DNA of 64,000 nucleotides, taken from the NCBI RefSeq assembly GCF_964355755.1, contig NC_092673.1, positions 12,868,948 to 12,932,947 of the forward strand. The letters are read 5' to 3'. How positions within the stretch are numbered: the first letter of the stretch is position 1; each line of letters begins with the position of its first letter. Shown here in pieces: positions 10,623 to 25,400 of the stretch. Position numbers and translations under genes: made by a program. The DNA comes from Antedon mediterranea (Eukaryota > Animalia > Echinodermata). A model generated the notes under the pieces. The model was given only the letters and a program-made list of their open reading frames with translations, was not told the DNA's origin and did no database searches.

Positions 10623-13600
10623 ATGGAATTGGTTTTTGTTACAGATTGGCCAAAACTAGATACAAATATATGGTATGTTGCTAAATATGTATTATTGTTG
10701 TTACTAGGCTATCGCATATATCCGTTTTTATTATCTCTAAGTCTCTGGCCAGTTAGCTAACCTTTTTAACTTTAACGCTTAGGCCCAAGGATGTAGGCCT
10801 ACGTTTTGTCCGCGTATACAGTACAGGTGAATATCAGTTTTTGCGCTGCAGTTGAAATCTGAGAATACTCGCTAACGTTACGATGATTGGGCTAGAAAAT
10901 AAAAACTTATCGTATTGATTAGATAGCCTAGCTAGTGCAGTTAGAGTAGGCGTGACCCTAGCTGGCTAGTGAGTAGTAGGCATAGGCTAGTAGTACTGTA
11001 GTACCAGTAGTAGCAGCTAATATTATTTGTATTTCCCACTATTGTAACTTAGCTTAGGCCCGTACCTAATTACTTACTTAACTTTACACTACAACAACCG
11101 AACCATGTGTAATATCATGGAGTAACTCCATGGTAATATAGACCTAGTCCTACTACGAATCGGAAAAGTAGCATTTTCGTTGACCCGGCATGTTAACATT
11201 TTATTATTTTTTTATTATTAGGATCAAGAGACTTTTAGGAAGTGGGTTAAGTGATTGGTCATGTCGAAACATTGTAGCTTTTACAACCATTGGCAATTGC
11301 AAAGAACCAGTTGAACACAGAGAAGTCACCAATACATACATACATATTCTCGATCCTGACAGACCATGGGAAATATACAGGCAAGTAGTTACAGTTATAA
11401 ATCTATTCATGGGCCAGTTTCTGGGAGGAAAAATATTTATTAACTATGGTGTGTAAATAAATTTTGATTAACATATTTGTGTAAAAATCACTATACTATA
11501 CATGTTATTATATCATTATTAGTAATTATGACTAAAAAAAAATTCTGATTGATTGAATAAAGTTTACAAGAAACTAAAAACTAATGTCATTTTCTTACCA
11601 GCTGAAACTGGAAATTGTTACAGAAGTTTTTGTTAAGTTTCAATAATTATTGATAATAATCATTCCACCAATCAAAGTTACCATAAAAATTTATCTCTGG
11701 GCTTTTTTTTATAGATATTCTGGGCAAAATACTATTTAAATATCAAAGGAATAAAGGTGATTTAATGCCAGATAAATGCAGATATAATCGTTCAAACTAG
11801 AAAGTCCTTTGTCATAAACAGCATTCATAAGTGTAATTAAAATGTTCCACGTTAACTCTATAATTTTGTTTTGCATTTTAATTATTTTCTTTTCATCTTC
11901 TTTTTAAAGATGTATTGTCCCTTTGACTAATTCCAAAAAAATGGTTAAAAAAATATTTCGAAAAAAATTGGGTCATCATTTTGAAGTATCATAATAGTCA
12001 TTAACGTTCACCAAATATTAGTCGGAAAAAAAATAATTTAACTGAAATACAGATGTTTTTTTGTTCAAAAAATAACTTCCAGTCAAAGTTTTCGATCAAA
12101 ACATTTTCTCATAAATGCAACGCGCTTGTTTGGCTACTCTGTATGTAGGCCTATAATCATAAAAACTTCCTCGCGATCTGTGTGAAAACATCTCTCAACC
12201 ATGACGTTGTAAACAATCCTAATTAGCATCATGCATAATGCATACTCGTGGTTTGAAATCTTTGTTTACTTACGCTCGCGACAATTTTCCAGGCAAAATG
12301 TTATCAAATTAATTTACCTGTTAATTACGTAAACTTGTTGTTTTTGGCTCGAATTTTCGACTTAAAGTGAATAACTTTAATATTGCTTTGATATAGCCAA
12401 TTTAAATTTAGAATATTTTGACCTTCATTTTTTTGTGTTTCATCTTTAAGGTTTTACCATATGATAAAAACTTAACATAATATCTGTAACAGCATGTTCA
12501 GCTGTAAAACAAAGCAAATAATTTCATGTAATTACATTTTTAAACAGTATAACTTCTGGACACAAGGAGATAATCACATCTTTAAAATGGAATGGGTCAG
12601 GAACACAGTTGTTATCAACAGATAGTAGAGGAACATGTTGTTGCTGGGAGATGGATCAGTTACTATTAAATAGTTGGAAATTAACAACTAAAAATAACAT
12701 TGGTCAAGAGCCTGTCATAGCAGCGGATTGGTTGCGTGGCCCTATCAAGGTATTAATATTGATAAATACTGCAAGCCTGTTTTTATACATTATTATGAAA
12801 CGTAACAAGAGCCTTTCATAGCAGGTGATCGTTTGCGTGATATATAAGCTGTTTTCATACCATATGTTACAGTATCCATAATGTAAGTAATGCAGCATTG
12901 AGTATTTCCATAAATAGGCCTACTACTGTTTTTACTGTATATTTTAAAAATTGTTTAGATGTAATTTAAATATATTTTTATCAAACGTTTTCAGTTGTTA
13001 TACAATGTTGACAAATTGGACTCGATTAATATTCATGAGAAGTTCTCAAGAATAACTTGTGAACCATCTGTTAAAAATGTCGGAGGAAAGCCAGTAAAAG
13101 GTTGGATTGCTGTAACATCAACTAGTCTGGTAGGTACATGTGTATTATATCACTGAGGATACTTAAACCAAAACTCTGCTGAAATTCTTTACATTTTACA
13201 TACTATACGTATATAATTCATTAATACTGCCTTTATAAGTTTATGTGTAGATGAGGAGGTACTGATTTTATCTCTGTAATTGGTCTGATTGTATGTCACA
13301 TATCAACCAAAAGATTCCAAGTTTTATAATATCATTCTTTCCAGTTTTAAAGTTATATTGTATTGTATTATTTACTAATCTAAACCATCCATTGCAATGT
13401 TGCATCTCAATTTTGCTGGATATTGAGTTTTAACTCATTGTTTATTTATTTATTTATTAGGCTTCTTTTTCCATTTTGTACCATTTAGGTTATATAAAGC
13501 TCTGTCTACACTATCAAAATTCTTTTGTGAGAACAAAATTTGATTGCCCATATATAATAATAGAATGTTATTTGATATGGTGTTTTGTCATAATCCCTTT

Positions 13601-16600
13601 AACATAATATTCAAATATTTTGCATAATGTTCTATTATAGGTGTCAGTTACTGTTATGTTGGAAGGTGGCAAATTAATCACAGAAAATAAATGTCTTGGG
13701 ACACACAGATCACATGCAGCAGTTGGTGATATTGCATTCGGTAAGTTATGCTACCTTGTGTAATGTTATGTTAGGTTGACGGTAAAAGTTATCGGAAATA
13801 CTGTAATTAACTAATGAACTAATGTACTTGATTGGAAATGATCATTGATTACCTACAGTGAGTCTAAAAAAAGATTTTTTCATGATCTAAAAAAAAGATT
13901 GAATTTCTTTTAGATCACAATATGAAGGAGAATTTTGCTGAAGCTATAAACTAAAAAACCCATAATTTCTTATTCAACCCAATTCTTAAAAAAAACATTG
14001 TTGCCCAATTGTCACAGCATAAATAATAATTGTTCTTAATTAGGTGGACCCCTGATTGTTGCAACATCAGATGGAAGCTGTCGTTCTCCAATACAAACAT
14101 ATAGTGTAAATATTACAGAGTCTGGAAGTATCCTTTTTCTAAACTCAACAGCATGAAACTTATTTGATAAAACTCAACCATTCAACTATTTGAAAAAATA
14201 GTGATCTTCTAAATTGATTTTAATGTTTTGTAACTTACCTTTTTGTATTACAGTAACATCCAATGTCCTTTTTTTTCTTGTTAAAGATTGAATTTAGTTC
14301 CTTAATAATATACTAGATAAGCTGAATATACAAACAGAACTACTGCCATCTTTTTATCCGCAGTGTTGTACAAACAGTGTTACAAAAGAAAAATGTAAGT
14401 GCAGAAAATATTGCAGGATATGGTAGTTGAATTGCAAGTATACTATTTAGGCTTATGTCCACACACAACTTAACTAGTTCAGAACTAATTGCACAAGAGC
14501 AACTGGTGTGCAAGTGCTTTGATGACACTGTAATTGAGGGTAACTTGTACTATAGTAGTGGTTACTATACTGCATGCTCGATGCAATACAGAGTTTTAAT
14601 AGGAACCAGTGTGTGTGAGCGCTTATTTTGTAATATAAAATTGATCGCTACTAGTCACGACTAGATTCTTCCGGAAGAAGTAGAACTTCCTGTGCAACTC
14701 AACTCATCTGAGTATATGTTGACATTTTGTGTTACTGAGTTACGTTCTGTTTCTTGGAGCGCTTTTGTTGAGTTTAAGCCCTGCTTAAAATATGGATTAT
14801 GAAAATTCAGTAACCAAAATTACTATTTCGAAAAAGTGTACAATTTGTAAGAAAAGTAACAAATATATTTAAAATAATTATTTTAATATATTGCATTGCA
14901 ACCAATATTTTCATAAGTCATGATCGGACTTCATTGACTGCATTGATACCTATTTTTATACTTTGTAATTTTTGTTTTAATATTTAGATAATACTATCTC
15001 CCATATCCGCTTTATGAACAGAGAAGCTGGTGATAAAATTCTGGTTACAGTAACAGGTGAGGTTTCCAAAACATTTCCACATAGGATTGAGGTTCATGTG
15101 ATGTGAACGGTTTATAGATGGATGCGTAACAACTATTTAATATTCCTATTTTTATTGACCTGTTTAGGTTCTGGAGGGACATGTATTGAATGCTGGAGTC
15201 TTAGCAAGGAACCTGTTCCATTGCATAAAATATTTGATAACACAATGCCAGCTGATCAACAACCTCTTACTCTGGTAAAAAGATTTTCTTGTAAATTTTC
15301 CAAAAAGGGTTTAAATGAATGAATAATTGTAATATAATATTACTTTATTGAATATTATTTGTAACCATATGTGGGTCACATGAATGGATTCCTTTCTCAA
15401 TTTATTTAATTTGTTAGTATTTTTGTTGATTTCTTATTGAGTAAATTTTGTTTGCTTTTAATATTAGAAATGGGTTTTTATGACATCGCATTGTGACAAT
15501 GCTACTATTACTGCCCTCGCTGTTCCAAGACTGCCGTTAAACCTTTCCAAGACGTCAATGTACAATGGACCTGGAATGGTTATTGCAGCTGCATTTATGG
15601 ATGGAAACATTAAACTGTTGCATCGGTATACACACAAGTTTATCATAATAATTAAATTTAACTACATTTTTTTTACTTTACATTTTACAGCAGTGTTCTC
15701 CCAAAATAGAAATCAATTCTGGACAATTTTGCAAAGTACCGAATTAAAGATATATTGTCCCCCTAAAAAAATATTTTTTTAAATTTTTTTGTTGAATATG
15801 TTATTTTAATGTCACATAATAGTTATTCACTCTCACAAAAAATTGGGTCTGAAAACAATTTATTTACCTGAGAAAAATGTAATTTAAAGCAAAAAATGGT
15901 CAAATTGTCTGGAAGACAATGAGTTTTTGGGTAATTTAACTGTTTATTTTGTCTTTTTATAGGTGAAATAATTTTTTCCCCCCTTTTTTTTTCTTATGGA
16001 AGTGAACAACTTCATTAAAACTGCAAAATGGCCTATTCAAAGTCCGATTTTAAAAATCTTTATTTTTCATGATTTTGGGGGACAATACATCTTTAATATA
16101 CTATAAGATAGAAAAACAAAATAGAAAAAAAGTCAAATAATATTGTACTTATCTATCCAATTGACAAAATATTATTTGATTGTTTTTCAGTCTATGTTTT
16201 TAATGGCTAGGCCTAACCTACCACTACTAGATAAATGTTTGTTTTTAATATGTATTCATTATATTCTCTTTTGCTTGTGGTAGGTTGTTACAAAAATGAC
16301 TTTAGTATTGTTAATCTAATTATTTGAGTATGAATTTAACAACTTTTTACTACTAATATTTTAGAATGTACTAAAAGGCCATGAGTAAAAAATTGTTTTA
16401 TAAGCCGTCCACTGTAAAATTAAAATAAAATAAGGTTGTGTGCCAGCTTGTAGAAACCTGAAAATAAGTAAATCACATTATATGCAAATGCGGTCCTTAT
16501 TCTTTAACTACTGATGTTGATATATATGATTACTCACAAGTACTCTTTTTGTTGTATTTCACAGTAATTCAATGAAACCAGTAAAAGTATTAAAATATGA

Positions 16601-19600
16601 AGGAGCTAAAAATATTTCAAGTCCACAAGGTAAAATATTTATTTTTAATAAATTATTTAACATTAATCATAAAATCATATACTTTTTATTTGATGTTTTA
16701 AACTTGTTAAATTATTGATGTATAGTTTCCCCTATGTTTCATAAATGTTGGAATTTTATTTGTGTTACAAGAGCTTGTTGAAAATAAGCGCTTTCTTATC
16801 ATCAGTGGGGGATAGTTCAAATTACACAGTAAAATCTCTATTCTTTTCTACACAAATGTTGTAAATAGAGAGAAATTTTTAAAAAACTACGAAAAATTAA
16901 CGGTGTGGTAACAAATGTTATCGTTTGACTAAATATAGGTAATATAACTTGAGTATTTTTATTCAACTTCGGAGTTTTATTTTCATGCTGAAATGTTGAA
17001 TATTGTATTGTTTTTAGCTAAACGTCAAAGGCCAATGAGTGCTTGTTATACTGTTAGTCTTACTATGTCAAGCACGTGTTGTAGTATGATTGGCGTTGAT
17101 AAAATGGGCGCCCTCTGTCTTCTGAAAGTTGCTCCAACGATTGGACAAATTGTTGATGCAGGTGAGAATATAAGAAATTTTTTTCGTGGGGTCTTTTTCC
17201 CGAATGTTCCGAAGATTGTCTGAAACAGTACTCCCTATCATTCATACTGATCAAGAATGTCAGTTTGGGCCTCACTAAAGGAGAAAATGTATGTATGATT
17301 TTTGTATTGTATTTTGTTTTTTTTTCCCCAAAAAATAGGATATGTTTAGATTTGTATAATCTAATAGAATTTATCTTTATCAAGGTTGGGTAAATCTGAT
17401 CCATGCATTCATTTAATTTCACACGACTTAATTAGAGCATGTTCAATCAACAAAATTTGTCTCTGTTTTTCCATACCGAATACTTCAAAGATTTTGTGAT
17501 GTTTCTAATGTATGTCTAATTTCTTACAGGTGCCCATAGAGCTCATACCATTGCGCAGGTGGTTAACCTATTAGAATACTGCTTAGTAACAGGACGTGAT
17601 TGGTGGGATCTTATGCTAACTATTTCTATGGGTAAGATTAGGTTTAATTAGTAGGATATAAGAAACCAAAATCTATATATAACATGACAAAATTCAGAAT
17701 AGAAGCAAAAAAAATGTCAAATAAAGCAAGAAAAAGGTCAGTATGCTGAAGATTCAGCAATTATTGTCCATTTTTTCAAGATAAAATCCCCTCCCCTTTT
17801 ACAACCCAGCAGACATGACTTATAACATTAATTCAGTTTTTCCTCAACACTGTTTGCTGATATTATACATGTTTGTTGATTTTGCTTATAAACTCCCATC
17901 TTCATAGTATACCTGTTTCCATTATTATACAATAATGTTGTATTTTAACATTTGATATCAACACTAATGAAGCATCATGGCCTATAGAAAAAATAAACCA
18001 AACTGTGGAAGCAATTTTGACAAAAGCTTTGATCTGGTCTGTAATATTTAAATTTAAATTGTGGTAAATATTTAAAATGATGTTTATTTAGGTATGGTAG
18101 AGACGGTGATTGATCGATTAACTGAAGTGTATAAGCGTCAGAATCCTGCAAGACAAGCTTTGCTTTTTAACAGATTGCTGGCAATGAAAGCAACTTTACA
18201 TAGGTTTGATTTTTATCTTTTAAAATACTACTAATACCATACTCTGACCAATCATCATCCCATGTTTGACTTGTTTTGTTTTTGTAGATAAACAACAAGC
18301 TTTGTTTAACAGACGGTATTTCATAGACATGTGTTGTACTGTATTTGGATATGAGGATGATTACTTCCACATATATCAATCAATCGTTCGATTTATATAA
18401 CGCCATTCCAACAGTCATTGCTCATACTTTGAGATATATTTAATACCATGTAATACACCTTACGATCAACCTATTTGATAAAAGTTTAGATAAAAATTAA
18501 AAGTCAATTGGTTAAACACTGTTTTGTTCTGAAATATATTTTGTTGGATAATTTTAGCTACATCCCACTAGGATGCAATGAAGGATTAGGTGCAGTCCAT
18601 TGCAAGCAACACTTGGTTCTACCAATTTTTTACAATTGGTTTTACAATTTTTCTTTAAAAAATGTATAGGGTGATCAGATTACTTGTGTATTGCATGTCA
18701 ATTTTACTGAGAACAAAGCTCTAAGTTTTATTTGTTCATTACAATTATTTCTAATGATAACACTTTTTAGACTTACATCAAGTGGCAGAGGTAAAGCCGT
18801 AGATTGCCATTCTAAGTTGTTACTCAACGCCATAGCAACAGAATTTAAAGCACTATTAACATCAGCCAGTGGTCTGGAAAATACACCCTGTGATAGAATT
18901 ACAGGTAATGATTAGATCTTTATCAGGTATTTAGCCAATCCATGTAAAGATATATTGTCCCCCTGAGAAAATATTGAACATGCCATTTTAATGTCGCATA
19001 CTAGTTATTCACTTTGACCAAAAATTGGATTGAAAAAACAATTTATTTACCTAAAAAACTGTAAACTGACTGGAAGTCAATGGGTTTTTGTTTGAATTTA
19101 ATTGTTTATTTTGTCTTTTTATAAGTGAAAACATTTTTTTTTTTTTTTTTCTACGTAAGTGATTAACTTGATTAAAACTGTGAAGTGGCCTTTTCAAAAT
19201 TTGTTTTTTTTTAAATTAATTTTACATGTTTTTTGGGGGACAATACATTTTTAAGCAAAATTCCATTCTATTCTCTATTGGAGTTTGGATGGGAAAAAAA
19301 GTCAATAAAGGCTAGCTAGCGGTAGGCATGCTACGAGCCCACCTCCTATGAAACACAAAAAGAAAGTCTTAGAATTCAATTTAGCTGACCCGTCAGCTCT
19401 AACTAACCTTCAATTTTAAATCAAATAAATTGACAGTTCTTACTGGGCCTAGAGAGAACCTTATTTTTATTTGATTTGTTGGAGCTATCTCTCATAAACC
19501 AACTTTTACGGGACGGAACCAGACAACATTACCCCCTCTAGTACTAGTAGCATTTACGTTACTGTCGTTATCATCAGTAAAATCATAGCATAAATTAATG

Positions 19601-21637
19601 TTTTCACTTTAATATTAAAATCAGCTCATTCTATTTACACATAGCTCTAATGAATTTAATTTAACTACGATTTTATTTTTAAGCTGCTTGTGCAATTGGT
19701 GATACTGACATTGTAAGCGTTCTACAAAAAATTGATAGTAAGGATATAACAGTGGATAAAAAACTACTTAGGTCAACTCAACAACTTACACAGTGGATTG
19801 CTGAGTATGCCCTCTATGTTCTCGCTACTGTACCAGTTCAAGGTCAGATGACCACAAAGCCAGGGGTATGCCTATTATTTTTAATTTATTTTCATCAGTG
19901 TTTTAATTCACAATTAAGAAAATTTAAATTTAAAAAAATTCAGATAAACATTTATTATAGTTTTTTTTGTAGTTGGAGGAGTGTTTACAATATTCTGAAT
20001 TAGAATGTATAAAGTCACACCAGCATAGAAAAACAAATACAGCAAAGTTGAGTTATTCATTCCAAATGTTTTTATTTTTTGTACAGGTTAGCATATTATA
20101 TGATGCTAGCACGTTGTTAATACTAAGGCAACTACTAGTAATTATTAAAGTGTTTGGTGAGAAAGAGCCTTTATGTTTACCTGTCTTCACTGTCACATCT
20201 GCTGGGCTTGATGGTCTCTCTTTACTCTACAAACTACTCACTAATATATGGGTCAGTAGTGTAGATGACATGTATGTTAAACTGGAAGATTCCATTGTTG
20301 GTAGGTTTTTATATATATATATATACTCTTGTGTTTATATATATATATTATTTGAATGTGTGTAATTAAATATACAGTATTTCCAAAAACCTTTCTTTTT
20401 TTATTTACAGGACTTCAATTTTCCTTGTACCAGTATCTCAATTTATTCAAGTTTTTCAATTTTTTTCATTTAGATAATTAAGTGCACAATTAAACTTAAA
20501 TTTGTTTCTTTTTAGATGAGTGTATCCTCCTCCCAAGCCAGATACTAATCCGTAGTATGGAATACCAACCAGTCACAGAAGGTATGGAAGTAAAAGCTAT
20601 CAGTCACGCTAGACTGTTTATTCACACCAGTCAGTCTTTTAAACTTCATTCACACATGATTATTCTCAGTCAAGCTAACCGAGTATGGGAATTAGTTTTT
20701 CTAAGTGAATTCTCTCTGGAGAAAACTGAGCTGGAAGTCCAATTATTGTTGATTTCTGCTGCCATCCAGAGTGGAGTTTTGGCTTCATTGTTAAGATGCT
20801 TGACTACCCATTACTGGATGCTGGGTTCAAATCCTGTCTTGTGTCAAAATAACTCCAATTTAAGTTAATAAACTTTGTATAGCATCATTTGTTTATTGTT
20901 ATGTATTGTGAACAGATTTTTGACTTACTACTGTAATTGACAATCTAAATAAAAATTCAATTTTCAATTTTCCTAAATATATATTAATAGTGATATAGTT
21001 TGTTACAAATTCTAATCCTCTAGGAATTATTGGCAAGTTGCACAGTAGGCAAGCTATGGCATTTCAATTTGACAACCCACCAGGTCACATGATCACAGTA
21101 GCAACCTTTAGCCCAGGTCATCCTGCAGAAGTAAACACTAGGTCACTGACTGACAAAATCCACCAGAAACATGATGTTGTACGGAGACTCCATTTAGGCG
21201 TTGCTCCCCCTGAGGAACTCAAGCGTTGCACAAGGTAAAATACAAACTTGTTTTTACTATTATATTATATACTATAATGCATCGATATTTAAATTTAGTT
21301 TTAAACTGAAAGATGGGAAACTATATTGGTTGATCAACAGTTTTGACTCAGAAAAACAAATTCTTAGTTTATCTATCATAGACAAGTGCTTTATCAATAA
21401 AACTCAAATAAATTCTTGTGCAAAAAGTTTACATGTATTAAATTATGGTCAATGACTATATAATATGTATAAGATAGATGCTGTATAATGTAATAGATAA
21501 ACTATTTATGTTTTAGATGTTCGTGTATATCTTTACTGAAATCACCTTCAAATACACCAAAAATGATGGCATGGGAACAGCGATGGAGTAGATCCTGTCT
21601 TTGTGGTGGACTCTGGCACAAAGTGGTTGTGCCTTGA
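10623..21637 (+). CDS. MED16: Mediator of RNA polymerase II transcription subunit 16, 20 coding exons
   Basis: Exons: 10623-10672, 11222-11380, 12548-12749, 12995-13129, 13641-13740, 14044-14127, 14317-14394, 14988-15056, 15168-15274, 15468-15625, 16565-16629, 17018-17161, 17530-17631, 18092-18203, 18771-18904, 19684-19865, 20087-20300, 20516-20581, 21024-21234, 21517-21637. All phases are compatible. Translation matches MED16 motifs WSCRNIVAF, HILDPDRPWE, GGKPVKGWIAVT, LLEYCLVTGRDWWD, DECILLPSQ, RRLHLG and WEQRWSRSCLCGGLW. AATAAA at ~22267. Confidence 0.96.
11109..11139. mobile_element. 17-bp palindrome with 7-bp direct repeats (putative P-like excision footprint)
   Basis: GTAATAT|CATGGAGTAACTCCATG|GTAATAT. 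Confidence 0.6.
11908..12445 (+). mobile_element. Kolobok-like MITE, family A (12-bp deletion in the right TIR)
   Basis: TTAA|AGATGTATTGTCCC...tgtgtttCATCT|TTAA; colinear with 8271-8795; lies in MED16 intron 2. Confidence 0.85.
14128..14316 (+). other. U12-type (minor spliceosome) GT-AG intron in MED16
   Basis: 5' splice site GTATCCTTTT at 14128; branch site TTCCTTAAT at 14298-14306, 10 nt before TAG; no polypyrimidine tract. Removal restores the MED16 frame (...TESGN KLNIQTELLPSF...). Confidence 0.9.
15748..16092 (+). mobile_element. Kolobok-like MITE, family B (same TIR as family A, different body)
   Basis: TTAA|AGATATATTGTCCCC...GGGGACAATACATCT|TTAA. Second copy at 18948-19250; remnants at ~47150-47354 and ~48150-48823. 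Confidence 0.85.
18948..19250 (+). mobile_element. Kolobok-like MITE, family B
   Basis: AGATATATTGTCCCC...GGGGACAATACATTT|TTAA; colinear with 15748-16092. Confidence 0.8.
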
Positions 21638-22773
21638 ATGTAGACAGTACCCACTCGACCAAGACAATTACATATATTTCTTGTTGTACCACATTGGCTC
21701 ATAATGGGTGGTTGTAAATTGACTATCAGGCTTTTACTGTGATGTTTGTTGAGGCTGGGTGGTTGTACGTCGCTCTAAGCCTTTTAAATTGAAAATGTTG
21801 CCACCCTCAACAGTGCCTGTACAATACTGGTTGTTGACATCTAAGTGTTACGGACTGTAATCTATAAGTTTACCAAAAGTAATTTGATGGCACCCTCAAT
21901 GGTTGAAAGAATCGACTGCAATATATTGGCGCCTTCAACAATGGAAATATGACGCTGGCTTGAAACACAAATGTGAATGACAAATGACGCCATGATTAAT
22001 TCAATTTTAGTTATATTTTATAATCAAATACAGTAATGGGTTTCAAGGAAATTAGATTCAATTTCCTACCATGTGACATGATTTTCTTGTGTTTCTGTGT
22101 GTACCACAGCTTTCAAGATTTTTATGAAACTGGTTTTAAAAACCATAGAAAATGAATAGAAGGCAAAGGACTAGAATGTAAAATATGGAAATAGGAAATA
22201 AAGTGGCGAGATTTGTACTGCTATAATCCAAATAATTTTCTTCCAGTTTGTTTTTTTCTAAATTCAAATAAACATTTATTTCTTTCATATTCATATTTGA
22301 CTAAAAAACATTTTAATTTCTGATATTTTATATTTTTTTTAGAGTTATAATACAGTAAATCATAATGTATGAAAAAGGTGATTCAGTTATATAAAAAATA
22401 AAAGAGGCAAAGAAACCCAAGAAAGTATCTATCAATTGAAAAAAAAAATACAATTGAAAACTTGTATATTGGGAATATTATATACTTATACGGTATATAT
22501 AAATGTAAACATAACTGCACATACACATATACATCACAGACACACACCAACAGTAAAGGAAGCGATTTCGTAAAGTTTTTAAAGTTAAAAAATGTTACAA
22601 AATAGAGAAAAGCACAAATTTAAATTCCAAATAAATATGGTAATAAGCACAAAGCAAAATAAACATGTGTAAAAGTGATAATTACCGATTACACAAAATA
22701 AGTATTAAAAAAAAAAAAAAAATAATATATCATTGCGTATACAGTACTTTTCACCATAAAGTTTAAAAAAAAA

Positions 22774-22844
22774 GTTTCGCCCGGGCTCGAACCAGGGACC
22801 TTCTGCATGTAACTAAGACGTGATAACCACTATGCCAAGAAGCC
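22774..22844 (-). pseudogene. tRNA-Val(TAC)-like pseudogene followed by a T9 Pol III terminator
   Basis: Reverse complement GGCTTCTTGGCATAGTGGTTATCACGTCTTAGTTACATGCAGAAGGTCCCTGGTTCGAGCCCGGGCGAAAC resembles eukaryotic tRNA-Val (TAGTGGTTATCACGTCT, GCAGAAGGTCC, GGTTCGA). Acceptor and anticodon stems are mispaired. Confidence 0.65.
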
Positions 22845-25400
22845 GCATATAACAACATAACGCTGTGGTGTGTGTCACACATTGTGGCTCTCTAATTAAA
22901 CAAATTAATTAACAAAAAAGTATGAAATGTGCGATACCATCTTCGAGACGTGATATGACTGCATCTGGTTTGAAATAAAAAAATCCGGCTCTATAGCTTT
23001 GAGGACATGTCCCTGTAGTATATTCATGCCAAATCCCAGCTCAATACTACAACGAATAAGGGAGGAGTAGTACTTTATAAATTGCACTTTTTTCTCAATA
23101 GTGTACAGATGGAAGAAGAGGAGAAGATGAGCGAGTCCTAGACTCGGGTACCCCGAGTAAAAACAATTAGTTATAATAAGATATTCTTTAAGTTTTAATT
23201 TGTATCAACAAAAAAAATTGGTCATGAAATTTTATTTTAAATTCACATTGCAGGTGAGCATTTATTACATATTTATTTACCGTAGTTTATATTACATTTT
23301 CCGAAACATGCATTGTAACGATTTGTAACTTATACAGAATTTCACAGCTAAAATCAGTTTCCAAATACAATATTAACTGCATTCTAGTATTTTACACACA
23401 TTTTGTATTAGAGTATTAGTTGAGAGTTGAGAAATATGGGACATTTAGAGAATTACAAGGTTGTTTCTTAATCCTGTTTTGGTAAAATATTTAGCTCAAA
23501 CATCATAATATAATTTGTACTCATCAAACAATAACATTATCCTTTAAAACAGCTGTTTATCATGGTGGTAATTTTAAATATATACATTTTTTTTTTTAAA
23601 TAGTAGGCTTTCAATATTGAAGGTTAGGAAAAAATATGACTTATCACCACATACTAAAAGTACCTGCTGCACCTGTGTATAAGATGCATACAGAGACTGA
23701 AATAATAATATTTTGTATGTCGCTGATGTATAATAAGATGCACTTATTTCTAGGCCAAAATTTAAAACATTTTACAATCAAAACAATGGTATGTTATTGA
23801 TAAAATGATATTTCCTTTTTATTACCTATTAAATTCAAGATGTCTTTGCTATTTTCGTATACATGCATGCAGAGACTAGTCTGTAACACTACCCATGTGC
23901 CAGCACTGTTTGCCATATACATATGAAGTATGGGGAAATATTGCCTACGTTACAGAAGTTGTACAGTAGGCTACAAACCAACTCAGCCCCAAAAATGGTG
24001 GAGGCGATTTTGAAAATAGGTGGTCGGAAATACGTTTAAATATCAATTTTTAATACATTTATAATAAATAATAGCCTATTAAAGGGCGACATTTTCCCTA
24101 TAGGCCTATTTTGAGTAAAAGCGTCACAACAGGGCGCTTCGCGCAAGTCATTGTTTATAAAAATTTGCTTGTCCAGGGCCGTCGACAGGACCTGTGGCGA
24201 AGCAAACTTTGTTAAACGACGCTCCAGATGGCCGGAAATGGTACTCTCGCACATAAAATTCATGATAAATGGCACCTCTAATTTGCAGGAAATGACACTC
24301 TCATTATGTAGCATGCTACCAATGATCAAAACGATTTTACTTTTTAATTACAGGTAGATATAACATTTTGTTGCCGACATTCACTCAGTATTTAGTTTTG
24401 ATTGCGTTGCGTTCAATACGCACGTACATCTAGGGGAAGCCCCGAAAAAAGCACAAAATTTAATGCTTATTACAGTTCAATATTTATTTACATCAATTTG
24501 TTGAGGCAATTAAATATATAAATATAAATAGGTATTGATACAGTTGGGTGGGTGGCCTAGAAAAAAATTGCTTTAATGTATACCACAGTTACCACAGTTA
24601 GTGTACTATATTATTATTAACATCCTCTATGATGATGATACACTATACTAGCCACAGATACTGTAGGTAACCATGGCATTCCCTTTTTTACGCTGACTGC
24701 CAGCGATCTAAACAATTAGGTAGGCCTACGCAGTTGTATGGCGGTGTCCTTTGTATGTATCGTATCGCTGTATGGGTACGATACACACATCAATATCATG
24801 TTACATCCAGGGACCACGAAAATGCTTTATTTTTCATGTGAAAATAGGAAATTCATTTCCCAACTTTTAGAAATTTACAGACAGCGACGGCAATGGTGAC
24901 CTCCAATAAAAAGTAAATTAGCACGGCGCTGAAACAATGTGTTTTAATCCCCGCCTCTGGATGGTCAATCAAGTGCTATAAATTATATACCACATAGATA
25001 TTTATGTAAGTTGATAAACTTAAATCTGAGGTTCCATATAAGAATATTCCATGAATCAGAATTAACATTTCAGTGGTCGTAAAAGATCATCAGCAGAGAA
25101 AAAACTTTAAATCCTTTCGAATCGAACCAACTAAAGACTCAACAAGAATGAAAATTTGACATAAATAACATAAAACAAATTTAATACATGTTTACAATTA
25201 TTTATACATGAAAAAAGGTACTTTTAATTATAAAGTTAAATGAATAAAATTATGGTTAGGTTTGGTTTGGTTAAAAAACAACCCTCAAAAAGAATTACCA
25301 GTATCTGATATTCAATCATGTAAACCCCGTTTTTAAATTGATTTCTGTCTGTATCCCATTGTTTCCATCCTCGTTTTCAATCAGTCTATATATTTATTCC

